A DNA stretch of 64,000 nt. Source: Eledone cirrhosa (Eukaryota). Below are positions 23,800 through 35,795 of this stretch, in pieces (the first letter of the stretch is position 1; every line of letters starts with the position of its first letter). The stretch covers positions 263,686,001 through 263,750,000 of the forward strand of contig OZ024742.1 of assembly GCA_964016885.1 (NCBI GenBank). Direction: 5' to 3'. Below the pieces are notes generated by a model. It was not told where the DNA came from. It made no database searches and saw only the letters and a program-made list of their open reading frames with translations. The position numbers and the translations under genes are program-made.

Positions 23800-24234
23800 T
23801 ATATTTAGTTTGATTTATATTTATATGAGAACTAGCCGATAAATCTTTTGATTCCTAAATCTTTGATTCCCTCTTTTTACTCTTTTTATTGTTTATTTTA
23901 TTTTATTTATTTTTATTTTTATTTTTATTTTTATTTTTATTTTTATTTTTATTTTTATTTTTATTTTTATCTAAACATTCCTCATGAAAAATTAAGCTAC
24001 CCTAAAAGCCGATGCTCCAAATTTTCTGAATTAACCTTACACTTGATAAACTTATATATTAAATATAGGAACATATGTAGACATTATTGGACATCATAAT
24101 CTTTTTTGCGATATTCCTTGCTAGATGTGATTTGATAGATAATTTTTGGCTTTGTCTTGTAGTGAACTTGGCAATATATTGTCAATTAACCTTGAAGGGT
24201 TGTTCTTTGTGGTTTATTTTTATTTTCATTTTTA

Positions 24235-24265
<31 letters not shown>

Positions 24266-25053
24266 TTTATTTTTATTCTTTTAGTATTGTAGTATTCTAT
24301 AATAATTTTATATTTTTATTTTTTATTTTATTTTATTTTTATTTTTAATATTTTTATATGTAAATTTTTTTTATATGTAAATTTTTAAATTTTTATTTTA
24401 AATTTTTAAATTTTTAAATTTTTATTTTTAATATTTTTATTTTTAATATTTTTAATATTTTTATATGTAAAGTTTTAATACGTAATATTTTTAATACGTA
24501 GTATTTTTAATATGCAATATTTTTTAATATGCAATATTTTTATTATGTAATATTCTTTCGTAATATTCTTTTTTAGTTTTCTATTCTATATTTTTATATT
24601 TTTATATATTTTTACTTATTATCATTATTATTGTTATCTCTGCTTATAATATAATATATATTTTCGATTAGTATATTGAAATCTGCTCTCTATTTCTGCT
24701 TGATAGATAATCTTGTAGAGTAATCGCAAGAATAATAATACGCTCAAATTTTTATACCACATTGAGAATGTTTTCCGGGAACTTTGAATTTGCGGAGTGA
24801 ATCAGTTGGATTCACATAGACATATGAATTTTTTTTAAAAAACTAAACATAAGATAATGAATTTTCACGCATTGTGAATACTTGTTTCATTCAGGAATAC
24901 TGATATTTACAATATAGTGTAAGTTTTATAAATACTAATACATTAAAACATAGGGTTTTCTACGCCTCGAATATGTCTGGCTATTTTTAAATTTTTCTCT
25001 CTCTATATCTCTCTATATCTCTCTATATATCTCCCTTACATTAATACTTGAGC

Positions 25054-25088
<35 letters not shown>

Positions 25089-25563
25089 ATGCATCATTGA
25101 TACACTTACTCAAAATGACCTCCCACTACCTAATTTTTCTATATCTATATTTATATATGTATCTATCTCTATTTCCTCTCTCTCTCTCTATATATATATA
25201 TCTCTTTCGGTCTCTTTACATGAAGCTCTTCGCTTTATCTATTTTTCCATCTCTCTATTTTGTCCCATGCATTTCTTCTTTTTCTTCTTTTTCTTCCTTT
25301 TCTTCGTTTTGTCTTTCTTTCTTTCTTATTTCCCTCTTTTCTCTCTCTCTTTCTTTCTCTCTGTATTTTCACTGCTAGAGTGAACCTCTTCAAATGAAGT
25401 TGATGTTTATTACGGTATGTCGAATATATTTATCTATAAAACTGTTTATATTGTATTTTGTCTGATGAAGGCATAGCATATTGTTAATATGATATCCCCG
25501 AAATATATATAATGAAATAAATATGGTTTTATAAATATAGTTTTCCATTTATTTAATATTGTA
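22316..25563 (+). mobile_element. 5'-truncated inverted copy of the same Naiad-type PLE
   Basis: Reverse complement of 17501-20744; ends in (TA)n. Confidence 0.95.
25454..25519 (+). ncRNA. Hammerhead ribozyme in pLTR of the inverted copy
   Basis: CTGATGA at 25462, GAAA at 25500, predicted cleavage after 25511. Confidence 0.75.
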
Positions 25564-25625
25564 TATATATATATATATATTTATTTATATATATATATAA
25601 ATATATGTATATATATATATATATA

Positions 25626-27143
25626 TTTCGTTTCTGAATTTGTTTAGCAAGATTCTTTATCTGAAATCGTGTGTTGAAACCGATATTGTTATACTTTGGG
25701 AGGGTCATGTTGCCAATAAGAAACACACGCACCAGTTGCTTTCACTTCAATTTATTATAATAAATTTATAATAAATTTATAAATTTCTAGTTGGTTGGTT
25801 GGTTCCACAACCAGATAGTTGTTTATACATAGTCATAGTTCTTTCGTCATTCCCATTATGCCAAACCCATGACTTCCAAACATCTAATCCACCGAAACTC
25901 GGCCGTTTCGGACCATACTAAAATCAACATACTGATTGCGGATTTGGTACGAGTGATGAGAAATGTGTCCCGCATGTGCAACCCCGAAGAACTAGAGAGA
26001 CACATACAACACTTCATCCACCGTATGCAGTTCTCAGGCTACAATCAGAGAGATAAAATCAGAGTGTATAGAGGAGCCAGAATCAAATGGGAAAAAATGG
26101 TAAATAATGACATAAATGGGACCTGCCCCTTGTATAGGAGCAAATTTTGGAATAGAATAGAAAGAACTAGGAACAAGGCTAATAGAATAAACTCATGGTA
26201 TGATAGCAATAAATACCAGAGTGTAATGTTCATCGATACAACCCCTAGAGGTGAATTAGCTTACAAATTTAGAAGAGCCCTAAATAAACATAAACTCAAT
26301 ATTAAGATAGTAGAAAGACCAGGTACCTCCGTAAAAACACTTATTAGCAAGACATACCCTTTTCAAAGACCCTCATGTATAGATAAGAAATGTATAACCT
26401 GTAAAATAAGCCCCCATATTAACTGTAAAACTAGAAATGTAGTGTATAGCATAAGATGTACTGAAGGACAATGTAGAGACAAAAATATAGTGTACATAGG
26501 TGAGACAGCTCGTAGTGTAGGGGAACGGATAAATGAACACTGGCGAGACCTTTAAGATAGTAAAGAATCATCTGTACTCTACCAACATGCTAAAATAGAA
26601 CACAAGGGTAAATTAGAGAACATAGAAATAAAAATAGAATCTACACACAGAAAAGACGCAATGTTTAGACAAATTACAGAGGCAATAAACATAAAAGAAT
26701 TACAACCAAAATTAAATAGAAAATATGAGTGGAACAGCAACATCACAACTTACAATTAAGGACAAATGAAAACACACACACACATAGAACAAACAACCAA
26801 CCAGTAACATGTAAATAAACAAATAAATAAATGAACATAAACACACACAGACACCCGGATGTGGCGCATGCGCAGACTGAGCGCACAATACACACACAGA
26901 AACAAAATGGCGTAGGACAGAACAAAGGAGAGGCACAGAAACAAAGAAAGGAATCCCCAGTCACTGAAGAGGTCACAGAGTGTGTGACGAAAGAACTATG
27001 ACTATGTATAAACAACTATCTGGTTGTGGAACCAACCAACCAACCAGAAATTTATAAATTTATTATAAATTTATTATAATAAATTGAAGTGAAAGCAACT
27101 GGTGCGTGTGTTTCTTATTGGCAACATGACCCTCCCAAAGTAT

Positions 27144-27150
<7 letters not shown>
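25626..27150 (+). mobile_element. 5'-truncated PLE of a different lineage (Nematis/Neptune-like) with inverted pLTR
   Basis: ORF remnant about 25850-26759 (VMFIDTTPRGEL, VVY..YIGETARS..ER..EH, LNRKYEW) with a premature TAA at 26553; 25684-25849 is inverted relative to 26985-27150. Confidence 0.9.
26959..27003 (+). ncRNA. Minimal hammerhead ribozyme
   Basis: AGTCA CTGAAGA G GTCACA-GAGTG-TGTGAC GAAA GAAC TA TGACT; perfect stems I and II. Confidence 0.88.
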
Positions 27151-27200
<50 letters not shown>

Positions 27201-27370
27201 TATAGATAGGTAAATATACACGGGTGTGCATGATTGTGTATAGAAGATAATATTAATAAGAGGAATTCCAACTTTGTCTGATTTACTCGTTTTATTTACA
27301 ATCCATTAAAATATATATAATGGTATTATAATGAAATAGTATGATAGAATATTAAATTCTAAGTGTTAAT

Positions 27371-27409
27371 TGAACAAGTACTTTCATGCTTTCACAATCT
27401 TCAGGTTCA
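27371..27409 (-). ncRNA. Minimal hammerhead ribozyme (left arm)
   Basis: Minus strand: TGAAC CTGAAGA T TGT-GAAA-GCA T GAAA GTAC TT GTTCA. Confidence 0.75.
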
Positions 27410-27481
27410 TGATATGTGGTGACAGTCGAGTTTGCAATTTTCACAGTTGAAAATTGCAAACTCGACTGTCACCACATATCA

Positions 27482-27520
27482 TGAACCTGAAGATTTCGAA
27501 AGCATGAAAGTACTTGTTCA
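27482..27520 (+). ncRNA. Minimal hammerhead ribozyme (right arm, stem II mutated)
   Basis: TGAAC CTGAAGA TTTCGAAAGCAT GAAA GTAC TT GTTCA. Confidence 0.65.
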
Positions 27521-27634
27521 ATTAACACTTAGAATTTAATATTCTATCATACTATTTCATTATAATACCATTATATATATTTTAAAGGATTGTAAATAAA
27601 ACGAGTAAATCAGACAAAGTTGGAATTCCTCTTA

Positions 27635-27697
<63 letters not shown>

Positions 27698-27707
27698 GTT
27701 AATGTAT

Positions 27708-27856
<149 letters not shown>

Positions 27857-28411
27857 CATATATATATAAGGATCTTGGACAGGTTCGTGTATGCGGTATT
27901 ATTATTTTAATTTTATGACACCATGCTGGATCGATGAGAGATGAATAACATTTTTCTGAACAGGTATTTATATTTATTTGTTCTTACACCAAAACAGAAA
28001 CTCTCCGATGGTCATATAAATCTATTGATATGGTCCGATTTATTCTTCAATTCAGAAACTGAAATTACGGTTGAAGAATTGGTCTGGTAAAGAGGGCCAT
28101 GGCTATCTATTAAAATGGATGTATTTATTTATTTTTCAATTCATTAAGAGTAATTACGGTCAGGGATATTTGGTCAGGCTACTTATATTTAGGTTCCTTT
28201 AATATGAGTATATCCATTGGGAATGATGCTTGGGAAGTACTATTTCTAGTACCTTACTGTTATCTACCCTTCAGTGATTTGTATAAGATACTCTCTCTAT
28301 ATATTTACTTCTCTGAATAAGAACTTTTAATGATCTCTTTTCATTGAGATATTATGTGTATTCGTGACAATTGTAATTATGTATAATAACACACACAACT
28401 ATATATATATA

Positions 28412-28576
28412 CGGGGGTCGGTTGAAAAATCCATTGGCTGATCAAGATAGAATGACCAAATGAGGTTTACTTTTCAACATAGTCCCTGGAAAGAAACAAT
28501 GCAGTTATTAATAAGAGTTGAAATTAGTGCGTGCAAGATTTCACAATCAGCCCATGAACTTTTCAGCCAGCCCTGG
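28412..28576. mobile_element. Mariner-derived MITE
   Basis: About 30-bp imperfect TIRs (CGGGGGTCGGTTGAAAAATCCATTGGCTGA / TCAGCCCATGAACTTTTCAGCCAGCCCTGG) with TA flanks. Confidence 0.7.
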
Positions 28577-28809
28577 TATATATATATATATAGGGTATAA
28601 GTATCGTAGGAGAGGAAGAAACAGAGAGATACATATTACTAAATGCCAATAGCCGAAGCGGAGTGTGCTCAATGCTTAGGTTAGCAGAGTTAAATATTAG
28701 AGAAGATTTAATATTTAGTATAGTGTTCAAGCAGAGCCGGAATAAGCAAATGAATGAATGAAGGAGTTTTACAAACCGTTAAAACAAGTTCTTTATATAA
28801 ATCTTACAC

Positions 28810-29400
28810 ATGTACTAATGATAGTAGTAATGATAGCAGCGGACCTCACCACATTAGAAATAGCAACAAAAAGCATTGCAATTGCCGAAACCCCAACAAC
28901 TGTCCTCTCCAGGGCCACTGCTTGATTAGAAACGTAATTTACAAATGCACCGTGACGAGTAAAAATAGCACTAGGTCTTACATAGGCGCCACTTTTAATG
29001 AGTTCAAGACTAGATTTAGATCGCATCTCCACTCCTTTAGACATAAGAAACTCAGGTTTTCTACGTCCCTTGATAATTATATTACGCTATTAACTGAATC
29101 TAACATTAGCTACACCACGCAATGGGGATAGTAGATCAAGCAAGACCATACAACTTTAGGAAAAATTGCCAGCTGTGCCTAATGGAAACATACTATATAG
29201 TAAGCTCACCCCATGAACTCATTAATAGTCGAGCTGAAACGGTCATAAATTGCAACCACAGACTACAGCACTCGTTCTACAATTGGTCTCTAGAACAGTA
29301 ATAACATCCTATCCTTGCAGCTATGTACATCGCACCACTATTTAGTCGACCTGCAATAATCAGGCCTAAGTACAGTGTCTAATGACGCTGTTAACCAGCC
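28810..29400 (+). pseudogene. Naiad-type PLE GIY-YIG fragment
   Basis: HCNCRNPNNCPLQGHCL, VIY..YIGAT..FKTRF, frameshift near 29128, then CQLC..E..INSRAE; related to 15652-16910. Confidence 0.88.
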
Positions 29401-29413
29401 ACCTGATTTTTAC

Positions 29414-29466
<53 letters not shown>

Positions 29467-30009
29467 CTCACATACACATATATATATATGTATATATATA
29501 TATCGACAGTCAATCGACTTTTGTCAAATCAGACCGAGGAAACAATGTTTCCGTTGGTCTTTCCAATTGCTAATGCTATCTACCGAGTCGCAACTCCAGG
29601 AAGAAGGAGCAACGTGAAATATATATATATATACACACACATATATTTATGCGAGTGTGTATATACGCGCGCGCGCGCGTGTGTGTGTGTTTACAAAACA
29701 AGTAGTTGGCATGGACAATCTAGGCTTCTGACAGTTTCAATTCCATGGGATATATTAGTTCTGGTTGGCTAACAACTAACATCCCTTGTCGGCTATCTGT
29801 ACAGATATGGGCAGCTGGAAAAGACAAATATATTACCTATCTTCTCAGAGATGCAACACAGCTTTAGGTGACTATTAACTGAATCGTAATAGAGAATGCA
29901 TTTATATTGGTCACGTGTTATCACAGGGATTGATTAACTATTAAGCAAAACAAACACATGTTTACATCAAAGTAAGACACGTGTTATTCTATTCAATTTA
30001 AATGAAATT

Positions 30010-31563
30010 CATCATCATTTTATCATCATCATCATTTTACGTCAGCTTTTCCCTGCTTGCAAGGGTGGGACGGGTCTTATTCAGCACAGCATCTCCCCAC
30101 TTGTCACGGTCCTTCGTCATCTCCACCGTGAGCTTCAGCGATCTGAGGTCTGTTCTCACCACCTCCGCCCATGTTTTTTGTGGTCTACCTCAACCACGTC
30201 TTCCTTCAACTGCCATTTCCTGGCACTTCTTCACCCATCGGTCATCCTCCATGCGCATCACATGTCCATACCACCTCAGTCTCCTCTCCCGTACACTACA
30301 TTCTATTCCTCTCAGACAATTTCTCTCTCAACACATCCATGATGGGTCGTTCACGCACAATGACATTGCACATCCAACAGAGCATGCTTGCCTCATTTCT
30401 CTCCAGCCGTCGCATATCCTCTGCAGTTGCTGCCCATATCTCACTACCATGCAGCATCGCGCTCCTCACACAGGCATCATATAACCGGCCTTTCGTACGC
30501 AGGCAGAAACCCTTCTTCGTCAGCAGAGGAAGCAGCTCCTTAAACCTCTTCCAACCCGTCCTTATTCTAGATACTATGGCCTCGGAACACTCCCTTCCCA
30601 TGCTAATCTGATCTCCTAGGTACCGGAAGCTATCCACTACTTCTATAGCACCCGCCTGCATTTGAAAAATGTATCTATTAATGCGACTTCTACTGTCTAA
30701 TTTCACTGTACATCTACTGCATACGTATTTCTCTCTACCTGTTAGTTTGCCTGCTATCCCACTACATCTCTTGTGTACCCAGGATCTGCATTGTGTGCAT
30801 TTTATAGAATTTATGCCAGTTCCTTTTCTGCATATCGAACATGGCCATTTCCCTGACGGAATCAGAGTTTTGTCCTCTTTTCTACTAATCAACAGTTTTG
30901 TCTTAGCTAGGTTCACTCTCAGTCCTCTTGCTTCCAACTGCTGTTTCCATAGTCAGAATTTATTCTCTAGCTCCTCTACTGATTCTGCTATAAGAACCAG
31001 ATCGTCAGCATAGAGAAGTTCCCATGGACAGCCAGTCTTAAACACCTCCGTTATGGCTTGGAGGACTATAATGAACAAGAGCGGGCTGAGGATCGAACCT
31101 TGATGTACTCCTACTTGTATCTGGAATTCCTCACTAAACTCCATTCCTACCCTGACTTTATTGACAGCACCTCTGTACAAAGTTTGCACTGTCCTCATAA
31201 GCCATTCCTCAACACCTAGTTTCCTTAGGGACCACCAGATGACAGATCGGGGTACCCTATCAAAGGCCTTCTCTGTGTCAACAAAGGCTAAGTATAGTGG
31301 CTTATTCTTCTCTAAGAACCTCTCTTGTAATTGTCTCACCAAGAAGAGGGCATATGTTGTACTTTTCCCAGGCACAAAACCAAACTGCATCTCATCTAGT
31401 TTGACCCTTTCTCTAATTAGTTGTGCTAATATCCTTTCTGCGACTTTCATAACCAGATCCATCAGTTTTATACCCCTATAATTGCTTCTCTCCAGAGCAT
31501 CCCCTTTACCTTTGGAGCAATTTATGAGAATACTGCTGCACCAGTCTTTGGGTATGACACCAC
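30010..31563 (-). mobile_element. 5'-truncated RTE-clade LINE with (TGA)n tail
   Basis: QFGFVPGKST, FVDTEKAFD, GVHQGSILSP, YADD, FRYLG, LHGSEIW; frameshifted. Confidence 0.92.
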
Positions 31564-31924
31564 CATATATAGCCCGGTCCTGAGTAGTGGAACTTGTATC
31601 TCGGAGTTGCTTTCGTCAAGATTGGCAGAGCAAATGTGTTAGAGCCTCTCTATTGGTTAGGTGTAGTAGGGTAAATAAGCTGAAGTAAAAAGAAAGAAAT
31701 GTTAATGAAATAAATATGTAAATTTATTCGTTTATTTATATACTTTGTTGTTAAAAAATACAATTTAATAGAAAAAGAAGAAAGAATATTACGATTGAGA
31801 GGAAAGAATGGAATATAAAATAGGAAAATATAAAGAACAAAAAATGGAAATGGGAGGGAATGGCAAGGACTCTAGTGTCACATAAGAATGGGGAGGGGAG
31901 GGTGATTGGGTTCTTGGCCTAGGG

Positions 31925-32205
31925 TGCGGCGGTAGTGTGGCTGCGCCTCGCGGACAAGACCGCAAAAGCATTCCCGCAGACAATGGCCTGCGACACCCGC
32001 TGCAACAGCCACCCCACCTGGCGGGGCTCCTTCCTCAGACGGGCCGCCGACGTTTCGACTTTGCGGAGGAGTTCGAGAGTACGGCGAGCGGTGCGAAGAG
32101 GAAGCAGCCGGACAATCCCCGCTTTTATTGATCTTCCTGTCCTCTGCATGGCGGGCTGCAGTACTGGGGTTTGTGGCCGAAGCGACTAAGTTGGAGGCGG
32201 ACTGG
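31925..32205 (-). pseudogene. CRE-clade (restriction-like endonuclease) LINE C-terminal fragment
   Basis: SNLVASATNPSTAARHAEDRK ... EPRQVGWLLQRVSQAIVCGNA. Confidence 0.7.
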
Positions 32206-32514
32206 TCATTTCAGTCATGGGTACTATTTCCCAATAATGTGATACTACAGAGCCATCTGTAAATGCAATTAAGGGAGAAGTAAGGGTTCATTATTGTTTG
32301 GAATATAGAGATATTGAGAATGAAAATGTAAAATGTCCCAAACAGATAATTACATATTTTATCGACTAAAAAAAAAAAAAAAAGAAAGAAATTGAATGTA
32401 AAAATATCGATCAAATCAGAAATTGAATTAAAAAAACAGTGAGATATTACACTGAGCCGTTTGATTTCTCTGATGTACGCCTATTCCTTTTCTATTTTCT
32501 TCATCCATATCTAA

Positions 32515-32785
32515 CTCAGGTTCTGCTGCACATCTAGCTGAGGAGGCCAAGCTCCTCAAATACCGGTCGCTCTCCGACAGGTTTGCGGTTGTACCCCTGG
32601 CAGTAGAGACTTCTGGTGTCCTCAGCCCTAGGGCTACCTCCCTACTCACCAACATAGACGCTGAGCTGGCCAGCTGGAGGTGTGAACCCCGCGAGTTGGA
32701 GTGGCTTTTCCAGCGCGTCTCCCTTGCCGTCCTCCGTGGGAACGCCTTCTCCATCTTGTCCCCCGGGGCTGTGTGTGTGTGTGGG
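32515..32785 (+). pseudogene. Second CRE-clade LINE C-terminal fragment
   Basis: GSAAHLAEEAKLLKY...VPLAVETSG...EPRELEWLFQRVSLAVLRGNA, followed by (TG)n. Confidence 0.8.
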
Positions 32786-33163
32786 GGAGGGGGGGGGCAT
32801 CGCGCAACATTCCATATTTAGGTACCCTAAATACCATAATAATACTTTTTCCTAACTGGCAGGCTGGTTAGAATGTTGGATAGAATGCTATGCAAAGCAG
32901 TATCAGTCCAATTCTGTGATCGTTCCTTCCTCTATATCTTTTTCTCATTTCCTTTTTCTCGCCTTTTCCGGAAGGAATCGGTGGTATTCAACCTGGAGAG
33001 GGGATAGTCATTGCCAGGTTTTAAAATGCCAAAGATACGCTGTCTGTCACTACGACGCCTCTACGACTCAATCAGGAGTCACGGGTCAATACCTATACAC
33101 CCATACTTTTCCTTCCGTTATTTTCGGCTTTACTAAATAGGTAAAAGTTACCTCCCTTCTATA

Positions 33164-33201
<38 letters not shown>

Positions 33202-33224
33202 GACATAGTCTAATCCGTCAATCC

Positions 33225-33561
33225 ACCGAAGTTAGACTGGTACTTAATTATCGACTCCGCAAGGCTAAAAGGCAAATTTGACCTCGGCGGAATTTGAACT
33301 CAGAGCATAGGGAACTGGATTAAATACCAGGGCATTTAATCTGACGTTTTAACTAGTCTGCCAATTTGCCGTCTACTCATTGGTGGATTGTCAGTATCGG
33401 TAGAGGATCGGACGTCATGCTTTGACGCATAGAGTTAAGGCCCTTGCCATTCTGAGTTCAAGTCCCGCCGAGGTTAACTTTGCCTTTCATCCGATAAAAT
33501 AAAGTACCAGTAATTCACTTGGTAATTGCTGGCCTTGTGCCAAATGTAGAAACAATTATTA
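33225..33561. mobile_element. Two head-to-head SINE copies (33225-33372 minus; 33381-33561 plus)
   Basis: Family B box and central domain in opposite orientations. Confidence 0.75.
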
Positions 33562-34330
33562 TAATAAGTTGAAAAGATATTTCAATAAATTGAGATTATG
33601 TATGTCATTAAGAGTCAAAATCAGTAATTCCAACAGAGATCAACTAACTTATAATTTTGGAAAATAGAACTATGCCAATAGCGAATCAGCGGATATGTTC
33701 TTAGACATCCCCAGCGATTAGTATCTCACTGCTATGATTTCAATTCCTACTAGGGTAGAAAAAGTTATTTTTTTATCGATAAAATAATCAATCAGCATCT
33801 TTTAGTCGCATTAGCTTTCGTCAGTGATATTACATGCGTGATATCCTACCATATGCATATTTGGTAAATAAAACGACCCCCTGAGCTACTTTCACTCAAC
33901 CGAATTGTTGATATTTAAAATCAGCATCACTACATTCCCTCTACTTTTATACATATCACATCTACGTTTAGTCAGCTGAATGGAACACGCTTTATTAAGG
34001 AAAACTAAATATGTCCGCTGTTTTCACCAGTTGGCCTTAAAGTTAAGATCCACAGTTAAAAAATCTCTATCAACTTTATCTTATTGAAGTTAAATCGACT
34101 CCTGTATTTGATTTGCACTTTATTTTATCGACCTCGGAATGATGAAAAGCAAATGTTTCCTGAAACTTAGCCTCAGTATTATATTGTTAGACACGAAGTT
34201 ACAATTTTAAAGGGACATGAGCTTTTGTGACATTCATATATTCTATGATGCTCATTTGTAATCTCAAATGGGAATTGATGAATATTTAGCCTCTATCGCC
34301 AATGGAACATGGAAAGCTTGAAAACAAATT

Positions 34331-34525
34331 ATAATTGTTTCTACTTTTTGCAGAAGGTCAGCAATTTCAAGGGAAGGGGAAAGTAGATTAAATCGATCCC
34401 AGTACGTTACTAGTACTAATTTTAAGGATGAAAAGCAAACTTGACGTCGGCCGGATTTGAACTCAGTCGAAACTAACCACCGCAAATCCTTTTGTCTGAC
34501 GCTCTATCGATTCTGTCAATCCATC
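34331..34525 (-). mobile_element. Older SINE copy
   Basis: ATAATTGTTTCTACTTTT...GGATGAAAAGCAAA...GGATTTGAACTCAG. Confidence 0.7.
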
Positions 34526-35605
34526 ATTCTCCGTAGAAACATAATAATTTATAACATAGATACTAAGACACCAATTTTGGGTGACGTCTAGAATCGATTA
34601 TTGGTTATTACATATTTTATCCACATAAGAAGAATGAATGGCAAGATTTCAAGTTATAATGTACGAGGACGTGACTAAATAGCGAAAAAGTAATTTGTTT
34701 ACTATTCTTACTACTTAACCATGCAGCATTGTCTTTTACTGTGGGATAATGTTGAGGTCAATTGCATGAACTCGGGTAATCGACTGGTACTTGTTTTATC
34801 GACACCAGTAGGAGGAAGAGCATTTGATAGGATATATATTCAAAACTAAAGTTTTTTTTACCGCTTTATTTCCAACGGAGAAAGCCTAAAGTTCTGTAAG
34901 AGTATTTTACCAAACAGAAACTATGTGGAAGCAGGTCCGATGGACATCTAGCCGAGAGGCCGGTGATTCGGATCTTTTCTACAACATTCTTTCAGTCAGT
35001 TCCTAACTCTACATCCGAGGAACTCCATTTGTACCAATCATATATTGAGATCGATGCACTCAGATATGTGCTCCCCTCCAAAGATATAGCATTGTATGAA
35101 TCTAAAAAGTTAAAGTTTGGTGTGTGATATATTTAAAAGTGATGGTATCCTATGATAGTAGTAACGAACCGAAGCTGCCAGACACAGCTTCTATAAAACA
35201 ACGCTGGAAATTTGCTACATTATTTCTTTGTTGTAACGACACAGCTTTAGTGGGTAACGTACTAAAATGTTTCAGGTAGTTCAGAGTTACTCTTCCCTTT
35301 ACCACACACATCAGTGTAACACTATAGTGAACAGCTAAACCACACACATGTCTCCACCCCGACCCCGATTCCTCCCATCCCTGCTATATATTCTACAGTA
35401 TTCTACAGAGTTCTTTCCCTTCCTTTTCTTTTTGTTAGAAATAGAGATAATTCATATTTAATTAGAATCGGACAAAATGCCTTGCAGTATTTAGTAACTG
35501 TCCTTTGCTGTCTGTGTCCAAATCACACCGTTGTTAACGTCGCTTTTTATCCCGTTAAGATCAATAAAATAAAATACTAGTCATGTATTGAAATTTATTT
35601 AATCG

Positions 35606-35795
35606 ATAATTGTTTCTACTTTAGGCACAAGGCCAGCAATTAACCAGTGCATTACTGGTACTTTATTTTATCGACCCCGTAAGGATGAAAGGCAAAGTCA
35701 ACCTCGGCGGGATTTGAACTCAGATCGTAAAGGGACGTAACTATGCTGGAAAGCATGGCGTCCGACCCTCTACCGATACTGCCAATCCACCGCCC
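35606..35795 (-). mobile_element. tRNA-derived SINE, full length
   Basis: Reverse complement of the 13021-13212 family. Confidence 0.88.

Larger units (their letters stand above)
27251..27640. repeat. Near-perfect palindrome (193-bp arms, 4-nt loop) carrying an HHR in each arm
   Basis: 27251-27443 is the reverse complement of 27448-27640 with about 3 mismatches; loop CAGT. Confidence 0.95.

Noticed and set aside
29375-29405. Active HHR after the Naiad fragment
   Set aside because: The core reads CTAATGA with stem GCTG/CAGC but GAAA and stem III are missing; a remnant at most.
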